Of a DNA stretch of 64,000 bases, positions 38,601-52,200 are shown one piece after another (position 1 is the stretch's first letter; every line of letters begins with the position of its first letter). The notes beneath the pieces are model-generated. The model was given only the letters and a program-made list of their open reading frames with translations, made no database searches and was not told the DNA's origin. A program made the translations under genes and the position numbers. Source of the DNA: Octopus bimaculoides (lineage: Eukaryota); the NCBI RefSeq assembly GCF_001194135.2, contig NC_068993.1, forward strand, positions 56,147,341-56,211,340. The letters are read 5' to 3'.

Positions 38601-41600
38601 AAAACAAAAAAGAACATTTGGGAACCATTGATGGTATTTTATAAGCCACCATAACCATCATCCACACCGCAACATCACCAACATAATCTTTGCTATAATA
38701 GTTACTCAAACTATATCACTACTACTTCAACGATCCCCTCACATCATGAGGGAGTACTGAAAAGTTCCTGGTTTTAAGGGTGTCATGAAAGGCCTGGTTG
38801 GAGGCCCAACCTTCTGAATTCCTTTACAGGCTTTAGGAAAACTGAAGGACTGCTGCAATAAGTGTGTGAATTTGGGAGGGGAATATGTTGAATAAAATAA
38901 CTGATCCCTGTATTTTTCTTTTACCCAAAGCCAGGCACTTTTCAGCACCCCCTTGTACATCACTCTTACCACTAAAATAATTTCACATACTACATCACCA
39001 CTACAACAATCATGCATGCTATAAAATAAACCACCAATACCACACCACAACAACAAACGCCCATACTATAGCATCACAGAAACAAGCACCCACACCAGAA
39101 CGCCACAACAGGGTTACTACTTACGTTTGATGTCCCTAAACAGGTAGGCACCGACAAAAGACATAATAATGACAGACGCAGGTAAAGCATAGTCAGAAAA
39201 CATCTCCCTCTTGGCAGACGTTAGGTAGGGGCTGAAAAATAGAATGCAATATATACTGTATATTGTAGAGAGGTGTCGATAGAATAAGGCAAACATAACA
39301 TGTATGAAATATGGTAGAGTAGCAGCGGTAGGGGTAGAACATTGCATGAGTAATATAATAGGGTCTCATATTTGTAATAAAGTAAGCTGAAAAACTACAA
39401 TCGAAGGGAGATTATTCAAGCTATTATGCAAAAAAAAAAAAAACAACTGTAACCTGGGCAGTTTCTGTTAAACCATTCAACCCATGCCAGCATGGAAAGA
39501 GGAGGTTAACTTACGATGAGGGTATATACATATATAGAGAGAGAAAGAAAAAGAGAGGTTCACACAACCATAGTGTTGGTATTCACTGATGGTGATAATG
39601 ATAATGACAGAAATGATACAGGATGAAAAATTTAACATTAAAAAAACCCAGATGGTGATAATATTCTACTTGTGCCAGGAGAGCCGATCCTTAACAACAC
39701 TTAGCTAAGCAATAAATTTTTTTTAAAATTAAAATATGGAGGAAACTTACGTATTTTTGAAGTTAAACAAGGATACTCCTACCCAAAGCGTTGCAAGTAG
39801 TAGAAATAAATAGAGGACACTTTTTTCCGGAGCACAGGTTTCCAAGCCATTCGTCAAATTACTGCTTATATTACTATCAGGACACTGTATGTTGTAGAAG
39901 CTGTCAAAATCTACATAGATGCAAAGATATGCATTATAGCAGTGCTCAAGCCTAAATAAATACATGGACATGTTATACATGGAGGTACCCAAAAGTAATC
40001 AGAAACGTTCTCTGTGGGACAAGCCTGTTGTAATTCAGACTTCTGTCGCTAGAAGCCACTTGATGCCATCCCTCAGGCATCAGTCTACTGATCAGCATCA
40101 TTGAGTGTGTCATACTCCCATATGGTGCATCATTGTTTTGCAGTGCTTCTCCCCTGTTCATCAATTTTTTGTGATGGCTGAAATGAAGGAACAGCATGTT
40201 TCTGCAAAATTATTTTATATGCTGGGGGAAAACGGTTATCATGCTTCAAACTTACAAGGATGCTGTCATGAGCACAACACAAGCTTACAAATGGTTTTCA
40301 TGCTTTAGTAGTGGTCACTTGTTGCTTGAAGACCAACCTTGTTCAGGGCGACCATCAATCACCCGAAACTAATGAAAACATCACAAAAGTATATGAACTG
40401 ATCTTTGGAGGAGAGTCACCAAACGATTGACAAGCTTGTTGATATGACTGGTGTATCCTGGATCTCCTGCTGCCAACGAATTTTGAGCAAGGACTTTCGA
40501 ATGAAAAGAGATGCAGCAAAATTTATGCCTCACTTGCTCCCAGAAGATCAAAAACAGTCATGACTGAATGCGTGTCGGGAACTGAAGAACAGTTGGAAGT
40601 TGATTCAGATCTTTTTTTTTTTGAAGGTCATCACTGATGCTACGGCTATGATCTGGAAACAAAGCAGCGGTCAAATTAATGGATGCATTCAATGTCACCA
40701 CCACATCACCAAAAAGTGCGTCAAGTGAAGTCTGATGTCAAGACGGTGCTGATTTGTTTCATTGATGCGAAAGGAATTGTCCACACAGTATTTGTTCCTC
40801 CTGGTCAAACTGTTGACCAGACATTTTACTCGGTACAAAAAGGAGGAAGAATGAGAAGAGGAAGACAACGGAAAAGACAACAGAAAAGAGGAAGGAAAAA
40901 GAAAAGATGACAGAGAAGAGGAAGAAGAAGACGAAGAAGAAGATGAAAAAGAAGACGAAGAAAGAAAGAAAGAAAGAAAGAAAAAGTAAGAAAGAAAAAC
41001 CACTACTACTCACTCTGGGCACAACTTTTAAAACTGTCAACAGTAAAAGCTATTGCGATGAATAATGCAAAGATTTCTTCTGAAGACCTGAAAGAAAGAG
41101 AGAGAGAGAGAGAGAGAGTGTATGGCCAGATGGAGCACCAAACCTTAGTTACAAAAGAAAAATTGTGGAGAAATGGGTGACTGGTTAAACTGATAACAAA
41201 ACAGAGAGGAAAACTGAAATAACAGCATTGAGGACCTTCAAAAGACTGGAGACAGGGCTTTAGCAGTAGGTCTAGCGGTAGGTGAGATGGGTAGGGCACA
41301 TCTTGGATTAAACGCAGCTGGACAGCCGACACTGAGAGGTAGGTGAACCATATTTTGTTCCTCACATTACAGTTCCCTCATACGACAATAGCAAACTAGG
41401 CTGGACATTATATCAAGATGATGAATGATCAGTAGACATTCTGCTGACCAAAATTAAATAATTGGTATACTCACCTGGTAGACCATTGCATCAGGATACT
41501 CAGATCAAAGAATGAATAGATGAAGAGGAAGAATGTATTCCAGAGCCCCACACAACCAAACATGGCAGGGAAGTCAATATCAAAGTCTTCACAAATACTG

Positions 41601-42770
41601 TAGATAACTAGAATGGGAGATAAGATAATATATATCATGTTAATAGACATGAACAACCTATAAGGTTAAATACTATGTAATATAACACATCATACATGGT
41701 ACCAAACACTATATCATTACAAGATTGCTACACCACCATCACCACAACACAAAAGCACACACCATCAGCAACCCCCCCCCCCAACACACACACACTACAA
41801 TACTACATAAGACCACCATTACAAAATACAAAAGTAACCAATGAAAGAGCCTCTACATGGTTGTGCAACCTGTTACATATAGTAATGTGCAAACACACAC
41901 ACACACATTGAGGCTCACATAGAACAATAAATACTAGCAAGTAAATATCGAGCGGCTGAGTACTCCACAGATATGCGTACCCTTAAACGTAGTTCATAGG
42001 CAGACTCAGTGTAACACAGGTTGCAACAAAGCTGTCCCTTTTGAATTACAGGTACTACTTATTTTTGCCAGCGGAATGAACTGGAACAACATGATTTTAA
42101 AATGCCTTGTTGAAGGACACAATGCACCACCAGGAATTGAACTCATGACCTTACAATTGTGAGCCATATATGCTAACCATTAAGCCACACCTTTATTTCC
42201 AGGTGACTCAGTCAGGCCCACGACCACATTAGGATTCAAGGGTAATGCTAAAGTTTCCTTTCACAAAAAGCTTATATCTAAGGGTTGTTGTTTACCTCTG
42301 ATCAAAGGCATTCCGACCTCGACCATCACATTTAGGACTTCATTGACCAACGTTGAGCAAAGATGAATTCAGCTTCAACTTCTGGCAAATAACGATTGAT
42401 TACATGGAAACTAAGCACACTTGGTCTGTCTGGTGATTTTATTCAAATTGCATGGCACCAAAACAACAACAACAACAACAAGAATAAGGGATAATGGCAA
42501 AGCCTTACTTTTGGTGTAAAGAGCCAAAGGGGCAGTGGTGAGTAGAACGATCTGTGGTGTTCCGCCAAACAACGCAAACACTAATCCTCCAAATATTTGG
42601 GAGTAGATCACTTTCTCGACATCTGGAGAACATAAATAAATTGATTAACAACAACAACAACAACAAATGTTTAACATAGAGGAACAAAGCACACTATAAT
42701 CAGCTGAATCAAACCCAGCGCATGACTGGTACATATTTATATTTTTTCTACCTTAGCAAGACGAGAAACA

Positions 42771-42813
<43 letters not shown>

Positions 42814-45557
42814 GTAATAATAATAATAATAATAAATGACCGGATGCAGTACCAGGCAGTGGCTCTCATGGCTTCTGATCCTAATTGATTGGAAAGTGTT
42901 ATCATGTTCATTGTTTTGTCTTGGTATAAAAAGATGGGCTACAGTAAATATTCAGCTTAATACCACAGATTTACTTGTCAGTTGCTTGACCTTAACCAGT
43001 TGAGCATGACCCTTGTTGGCTGACGATATGTGCATCTCTGATCATGAGNNNNNNNNNNTTGCTTGACCTTAACCAGTTGAGCATGACCCTTGTTGGCTGA
43101 CGATATGTGCATCTCTGATCATGAGCAGAAGTAGTGGGGGAGCATGATAACCAATCATGCTTGGACGGTGCTTTTAACGTTCCACTGGCATGAGTGCCAA
43201 TCAGGTGGTACTGTCATCGGCCACATCAGCGATTTTGATTACATAGACCGCATTTCTATTTTTCCGCCAGAGCAGAACCTGCAGGCCAATAGTTGGTTTT
43301 AACAACTTATTTAATCAAGAAGTTGGCAGCCACAAATTTGCTGTCTTGAATTTAACATATTTCTCCAGTTGTAGCGGTACAGTCATGGAGCTGTACTAAT
43401 CAGCTATTTTGTCATAACTGCAGAGTTTATCTATTCCCATGTGAATAAATTATTGTTTGTATTCATCATTCATAGACCAACATGAAAACTACTATGTGCA
43501 GTGAATAACACTTGTGTTAATTGTTCACGAGGTGTCGTCCAGCATTTACACGCAGCCAGTAAACCAACACAACAACATTGTGAAACACAAACCTTCTCAT
43601 GACACATGAATTATCTGTCAGAATTTTAAAACATTAAACAAACATACGAAACTAAGAGAGAAAAATATCCAACATTAGACTAAAAATAAACAGTTATAAA
43701 TTTGTGAATCATCATCATCGTTTAACGTCCGCTTTCCATGCTAGCATGGGTTGGACGACTTGACTGAGGACTGGTGAAACCGGATGGCAACACCAGGCTC
43801 CAATCTAAATTTGGCAGAGTTTCTACAGCTGGATGCCCTTCCTAAAGCCAACCACTCAGAGAGTGTAGTAGGTGCTTTTATGTGTCACCTGCACGAAGGC
43901 CAGTCAGGCGATACTGGCAACGGCCATGCTCGAAATGGTGTCTTTTATGTGCCACCCGCACAAGCCAGTCCAGGGGCACTGGCAACGATCTCGCTCGAAA
44001 ATCCTACGGGAGCCAGTCAGGCGGTACTGGCAACGGCCACGCTCAAAATGGTGCATCTCATGTGCCACCCGCACAAGAGCCAGTCCAGTGAAATACTGGT
44101 TTCAAATTCTGGCACAAGGCCAGCAATTTTGGGGGAGGGGGCATCGACCTCAGTATTCAGCTGGTACTTTTTTTTATCAACCCCGAAAGGATGAAAGACA
44201 AAGTCAACCTCAGCAGAATTTGGACTCAGAATGTAAAGATGGATGAAATGTTTAGCATTTAGCCTGGCGCAGCAATGATTCTGCCAGCTCACCGCCTTCG
44301 TATACTGAAAAACTGGTTCCAAATTTTGGTATGAGACCAGCAATTTTGGAAGAGGGCATAAGTCAATTACATCGACCTCCAGTATGCAACTGGTACTTAT
44401 TTTATCAACCCTGTAAGGATGAAAGGCAAAGTTGACCCCAGCAGCATTTGAACTCAGAATGTAGAGTCAGAAGAAATGCCCACTAAGCATTTTGTCCACT
44501 GCTCTAACAACTTTGCCAGCTTGTATGCTGAAATATTGTAAAGCAGAAACTGCTGACAGACATTGAAATTGATCAGATGAAAGGAATTATAGAATCAGAT
44601 TTGAGAAACAGTCCAATGCATATAACTCACAAATTAACAGACAAAAACTATGTCAAAGCAGAAACATCTTCACAGGAAGGAATAAATAGCATGACACAGA
44701 TACAATGAGAAACAATTTGGAGATCAAACCATTGTATAGGAACATATTAATGAAATAATGATAATATCAGGACATACGATCTGACAGAACTTGAAAAGAA
44801 AAATAATTACTAAATGGGTCAAAGTTCACAATATGATCTTCAAGGAACACATTGACTTTCTTAAGATTTTCAACAATAAAGGGGAAAAAAATCTGACTAG
44901 TGAGCATAGACCCCTAAGTTCATTATAAATCAAAATATCAACAATGGACATTAAATGATGATATCTATATGGGTGCTATCTATCTATCTATATATATCTA
45001 TATAAGGGTGGCGAGCTGGCAGAATCGTTAGCACGCTGGGCGAAATGCTTAGTGGTATTTTGTCTACCATTACATTCTGAGTTCAAACTCCGCCGAGGTT
45101 GACTTTGCCTTTCATCCTTTTGGGGTCGATTAAATAAGTACCAGTTACGCACTGGGGGTTGATATATCGACTGAAACCCTTTGTCTGTCCTTGTTTGTCA
45201 AGAGAATGAGAAAGAAATAGTTATCACATGTACAGTTACAAATACCTATGGGGACATTTATGAACAACCCCCAAGTATAAGAAAGAAAAAAAAGGGAGCA
45301 GAAACCCAAATGAAGAATAAAGCTAAGAAGGAATTACTTGTAAAGAGAAGGAAACTGTAAGGAGTTACTCTGAGTAGCAGAAGGAGTACTTACTTAGTGT
45401 TCCTTTGGTATTACCATCATTCAAAACACCAAATGCTATTGATGGTAGAAGTATGGCAAAGTAAAGAAACAAGGTTGTGGACAGAGTCTTCTGGACTGAC
45501 CTGGGACCAATGACACCTGTATGTATATGAAAAAATTATTTTTTTTTTTTAATATTA

Positions 45558-45588
<31 letters not shown>

Positions 45589-47564
45589 GCTTTTTTGGAA
45601 CAGTGGAGCTTGAAGCAGGTAAGAGATTAGATTTAATGGGTGAGATGTGGGTTTTAAGTGTTTTAGTTTTGAGTAAAGAAAGAGAAATATTCACCATCTT
45701 TGTAATCAGAAATGTAATGGGGAAGTCTTCGCTTCAAATCTTTACGTAAACCTCGCATAAATCCACATTTGCACTCTTCTTTCTGTAACAACATCAACAA
45801 CAACAGATTTATTAGATTAATTTTAATAAATACAATTTCAAGGACACGGTATTGTCTTTACAAATCAGTAAATGTTAACTAACCGGTTTCTGTTAACTAA
45901 TTAGTTTCTATTAACTCATTGGTTACTGTTAAGGTACCAGTTTGTGCAAGGTACCAGTTAACTAATCTAGAGGCCATGGGAATTTGAAGTTGATCATCAT
46001 CATCATCATCGTTTAATGTCAACTTTCCATGCTGGCATGGGTTGGACGGTTTGACTGAGGACCAGATCCAACCTTTCACACCTACTCTACAATGTCATTC
46101 CAAAAATTACAAACACACCATTGAAATCTTGAAGCTACAAAATAATGCATGATTAATTCAAAACACTAGGAATAAGTAAACGTCACATTTGGCAAAAAAA
46201 TCTGAATGTTAAAGGGCCGAGTATTGAAGAAGTATCCAGGAAATGATCATGTCAAAAATGCATCAGAACTTTCTTTCCAAATTAACAGATAAATCCTTAG
46301 ATTAATAACAGTCAGAGAGATCAATAGATAGACTGATAAACAGATAATTAAACAGATAAATTGGTAGAGAGATAAACTGATAGATACATCAATTGATAGT
46401 TAGATTGATCAATAGATAAAGATAGGTAGGTAGATGGATTGGGAGACAGCCAACTGGTTGAACAGACAGACAGATAGAGAGGTAGATGGCTGGTTGGACA
46501 GACAGACAGATAGGGAGGTAGATGGCTGGTTGGACAGACAGACAGATAGGGAGGTAGATGGCTGGTTGGACAAACTGATGGATGGATGGATGGATGGATG
46601 GATGGATGGATGGATGGATGGATGGATGGATGGATGCACAGGCAGACAGTGGGACACGTTAGTAGACAAAGAGAAAGAAAGAGAGTAAGACTAACCTGTT
46701 CAGTCTCAGGATGCATTTGGGTCTTCCGATGCTGTTCAGCTAAAATATTGCCATATTTCCTAAGTACATTATTAAACTGTGCTGAATTGGAACATAGTGA
46801 TAATTCTTGACGAAGGTCAGGGCAAGCAAATAAAGTGCTAAATGTTCTTCCGATTTCAAACTCACTTTTTGTACCTTTCTGAAAAATAACATTATGCATA
46901 TGTAGTGTATTTATGTAATATACATTTACATACACACATACATATATCTTCATCAATATATATATAAATACAAGTGTATACACACATGATGGCCGTCCAC
47001 TCGTGACCAAGGAAGACCATTGCCTACCTTCAGGAACATTGTGCGCTCTAGGACTAACTTATATTTTGCACTTGCGGCTCCGTTGGTGGCTAATGAGCCC
47101 TGCTCTTGACAAGCATACACGACTGCAAACATTGCAGACCAAGCTTTCCCCATTCACTATATGAGCCGTGCGCTTTTGCGCAGCTCGCTTAAGTTCTTCA
47201 TGCTGCACACGTGCTCTCTCAAAAGTGTTGATCCCCTCCCTAACCTGCTTCCTCCATCTATGGCGATGACAGGCATTGTTCTCCCAGTCAGTGTCCTGCA
47301 TATCACAGGCCTTTAATGAGGACTTTGACACAGTCCTTAAAGCGCAGCCTTGGTTTCTGCAAGAGTCTCCTTCCATTTACAAGTTCTCCATAGAGCATCT
47401 GCTTAGGAATCCTGCTATCCTTCACACACACACACACACACACACANNNNNNNNNNNNNNNNNNNNNNNNNNNNNNNNNNNNNNNNNNNNNNNNNNNNNN
47501 NNNNNNNNNNNNNNNNNNNNNNNNNNNNNNNNNNNNNNNNNNNNNNNNNNNNNNNNNNNNNNNN

Positions 47565-47602
<38 letters not shown>

Positions 47603-49238
47603 GGCACAGGTGTGACTGTGTGGTAAGAAGCTTGCTTCCCAGCCACATGGTTCTGGGTTCAGTCCCACTACATGGCATCTTAAGCAGGTGTCTTCTACTA
47701 TAGCCTCAGGCTGACTAAAGCCATGTGAGTGGATTTGGTAGACAGAAACTGAAAGAAAGGTTGTTTGTGGAAGACCAGCAGTTGCCCATGCCCATGGGGA
47801 TACAATAGTAAATACTTGCCCAAGGTAATGCATGCAGTGGAATTGAACCCAAAGCCACAAGGTTGCAAAGTGAACTTCTTAACCCCATGGCCATGTCTGC
47901 ACCTTGTCACACATTTCAAATGGGCAGAATATAGTTAAATGAATTTAGAGGAGATGGAATATAATTAAGATGAACTGACACAGTATATGACTGGTACATG
48001 TTTTTATCATTGCCTCAGGGAGGGAAGATAGCCTACCTCTTTTGTAGGAGTAATAATAATAATCACAAAGGATATTTCTTGAGCAGTTGTACCAAAGTTG
48101 GCTGGCTGACGGAGATGAGCAATGCCAACCATAGTCTTGGTTACTATTGGACTGCAACACCTGAAAGAAAATGGTAGATGCTGTTTAGAAACACACACAT
48201 CTATAAACAGATAATTACACTGACAAACACACACACACATGTATATATCCATTTACACACAGACACACATATATTAAAATTTAACCCCCTCTACACACAG
48301 TTTACACATATACATAAACATTTGTTTGCTTGCATACACAAACACACACACACAAATAGGCATTTACACAGACATGTGATATAGTCATTTAAACACAGAC
48401 ACCTATGGTCCTTTACACACACACACACAGAGGTGTACATACACACATGCATGCATGCACACACACACACATCTGAATACTTATACACATACAAGTATGT
48501 AGACATTTAGATGGGAACATACCCAAGTATAACATATACAGACACACATGAATATTCATTTTCACACATTTACATATAGAGATTAACATACACACATGCA
48601 TATACATATGCATGTGATGTGATTGTGTGTGTAATGGGTTAAATGGCTTCCATCATGTGCATATGTAATGTGTGTATGTGTGTGTGGGTATGATGGAAAT
48701 CCAAGCCTTCAAAAACCAAGTTGATAAATATACATTCAAACAGTCACCACACACACAATATAAGAAATACTTACATGGAACATATCCAACTTTGGTCATA
48801 ATCAAAGCCACCACCCATTGCTATACAAGAGCTCTGCACTGTCTTCCGCAATTGATGCACTGAAATTGAAATACAAAGCCATAGATTTCAATAACTGAAT
48901 ATAAAGATAATTAAACGCGAAAAGGATAGAGGCATTGTGTAGTAGTTAATAATACTCAAGTGAAGTACAACAAACTAAGAGGTTTAATAAGTTGTGGTTA
49001 GTCTAACATATTAAACAGGGAACAGGGGCACTGGAATTAGTTTAGAGTTTTTATCTCTTTTCACAGGACACAAAATACTGATTGATAAGATTCATGTATT
49101 GTAGAAGTAGTCCTTAAGATTCATCTATATGAGTTCCATACCCATGCCAGCATGGAAATGGACATTAAATGAACTCCTCAAACTTTTGAAAATCCAAGGA
49201 ATATGGAAGTCAAACAAATGGATTTCAAAGACTCCCTG

Positions 49239-49281
<43 letters not shown>

Positions 49282-52200
49282 CTACACACTTCGGTGGAGG
49301 CGCAATGGCCCAGTGGTTAGGGCAGCGGACTCACGGTCGTAGGATTGCGGTTTCGATTCCCAGACCGGGCATTGTGAGTGTTTATTGAGCGAAAACACCT
49401 AAAGCTCCACGAGGCTCCGGCAGGGGATGGTGGCGAACCCTGCTGTACTCTTTCACCACAACTTTCTCTCACTCTTTCTTCCTGTTTCTGTTGTGCCTGT
49501 ATTTCAAAGTGTCAGCCTTGTCACACTCTGTGTCACGCTGAATCTCCCCGAGAACTACGTTAAGGGTACACGTGTCTGTGGAGTGCTCAGCCACTTGCAC
49601 GTTAATTTCACGAGCAGGCTGTTCCGTTGATCGGATCAACTGGAACCATCGTCATCGTAACCAACGGAGTGCCAACCAGGGTTTACTTCACTGGCCATGT
49701 TAGCATCTCTAACAGCAAGAACATAGATAATGTTAACAGATAACAGTGACAATGATGATGATGAGAAAATGGATGAACTTACCGCCATCATGTGTGAAGA
49801 GGAGAGACTTAAGGGCAGGAATATCGTTGATGTGAACCATAGCTCTGAGAATTTCTTCGATAATTTTGTCAACACTTGTCACATTCATGTTTAACAGCAA
49901 AATGGCTCTGTTTGTGAATCTTTCAATGTCCCTCGCACCACGGATTTCCTTAGAAAAGTCTTTCATTGGAACTTTCTAGAAATTAAAGAAAAATTCTTAC
50001 TTCATCCAGTGAACATCACATCACATGATCATCCAACACCATCTTCTGTCGTTATCATCAGATAATTAACATCAATTGCCAGCATTGTTCGTTACCATTA
50101 TTGTCCATTTCCCTAATAGACATCATTATCATCAGTCTTCTTGCTTTCATCTGTCCTTATCAATCATCCTCACCATCACTCATAGTTTCTATTGTCATTG
50201 CTCTTCATCATACTTGTCATCGTTATCCATCCATCCAATCAATCATCACCATTGCTATTCATCAGTCATCAACATCAGTCATTATCATCACCCTCATTAT
50301 CCATCATTCTTACCATCGTCAACACTATCATTAACCAGTCATTAATCACCACTGCTAGCCATCATTTACCCCTGTCATCATCATCATCATCATTAACCAG
50401 TCATTATAGCTATTGCTGTCCATCAACTTCACCATTGTCATCGTCATCACTATCACCACTGGTGTCTTTTACTTTTTTTTCACTATTTCTGTCTAGGTTC
50501 GGAAATCAAACTTCCCAGCAAGTATAATGCTCCTGTGTTGTGGACCTTGGTCAAGGTACTTCACACAACTTGCCCCTTGATGCATGCATGGCAATGGGCT
50601 ACATTGGACTCATATCAGTTAACAAGCTGCGGTAAGTTAAGGTAATGAGAAATGGTTGAGTGGAAATAGGGGACAGGATGGTAGACAGGGCACATAGAGG
50701 ATGGTTATTAGTGTTTCACTCCACTATATAAAGTAGGGAAAGAGAGAAAAAAAGGAGCAAGAGAAAATGGGAGGAGAGAAAGAGAGAGAGAATGAGAAAG
50801 GAGGAAAAACTATTTACCTCATGCCTGGAATAAATAAGGGACCTCTCAGCAGCATAATCTATAATAATAATAATAATAATAATAATAACTTCACTTAAAC
50901 ATTTATTATTTATTATATGGTGTCAAAAGTTAAAATTTTTGTTGCATGTATTGCGATCGGATCCCTGACAAGGATACATTGCATCTCTTAAGGATAATGG
51001 TTTCAAATTTCACCACAAGCCAGCAATTTTAGAGAGAGAGAGGAGAGTTAGTCATTATCATCAATGCCAGTACTTGACTGGCACTCTAGTTGACCCTGGA
51101 GGGATGAAAGGCAAAGTTGGCATCATCGGGATTTGAACTCAGAACGAAAAAAAAGAACCAGATCAAAAGCCACAAAGTATTTTTTCTGTTCCACGTGAAA
51201 AGCACTGATGCTGGTGCCACATAAAAAGCACCCAGTACACTCTGTAAAGTGGTTGGTGTTTGGAAGAGCATCCAGCTGTAGAAACCATGCCAGAACAGAC
51301 AATGGAGCCTGGTGCAGCCCCCAGTTTTATGAGCTCCTGTCAAACATCTAACCCATGCCAGCATGGAAAAATGGACATAAATGATGATGATGATGATGAT
51401 GATGATGACTAATGGCTCTGCCAATCCTCTGCCCTCTATTGTTTCTGAATTAGAGACAAGGCCTGCAATTTCGAAGGGAAAGGGTTACTTGATACCATCA
51501 ACCAGACAGAATGAGGCTGGTACTTCATTGACATGAGAAGGATGAAAGACAAAAGCTGGCTTCAGCAGGATTTGGACGAAGGATATAAAAAAACCAGAAC
51601 AAACATTGTAAGACATTTTGCCTGGTGCCCTAATTGATTCTGCCTATTTACCACAATTCAATATGCTTCACATTAGCAAAACAAGAGCAAAATAAAACAT
51701 ACATACCCTTTTCAACACTCACAATTGAAATACGATTTGTGCCAACCACCTCTGGCTTAAACTCACAGCTGGAAATTTGTTCAGGGGTGTGCAAACCATT
51801 CGAAAAGCTTTCATCTGGCAAAAATGCAGGATTGTCTTCCTCCAAGAAACTGAAGTTCTGTAAATATACATTTGTCTCTTGGCTACCAATCTCATCTGAG
51901 TTGCTACAAAGAAACAAACAAACAAACAAAATATCAGAATACAGACACTCAGACATTTTGGTCAGCACCACAAAACCATCATCATCAAAATCATCATTTA
52001 GCATAAATTTGTCTTCTATTTTGGGATTGATTGTACAGGTCTGAAATACAAACATTGCTTTCTACTCTAGGCACAAGGCCTGAAATTCTGGGGGTGGAAT
52101 GGAGTGGGGCTAATCCTTTAGATCAACCTCAGTACTTGACGGGTACTTATTTTATTGACCTCAGAAGGATGAACGACAAAGATGACCTCAGTGGAATTTG

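Noticed and set aside
41140-41365. 5' part of ORF 41006..41365 as an SLC4A11 exon
   Set aside because: There is no SLC4 similarity, and the phases already join 41475 to 41087 without it.
49296-49370. tRNA gene
   Set aside because: A and B boxes are present, but there is no complete cloverleaf or acceptor stem and the sequence continues into a SINE body shared with other copies.
49996-50060. Extra SLC4A11 exon suggested by a gtaag donor 25 nt before the 49975 acceptor
   Set aside because: There are stops in all three frames and the implied intron would be only 25 nt.
51904-52055. 5' part of ORF 51648..52055 as coding sequence
   Set aside because: The acceptor at 52041 gives a stop in the required phase. 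The strong pyrimidine-rich acceptor at 51904-51905 fits phase 2 from exon 1.
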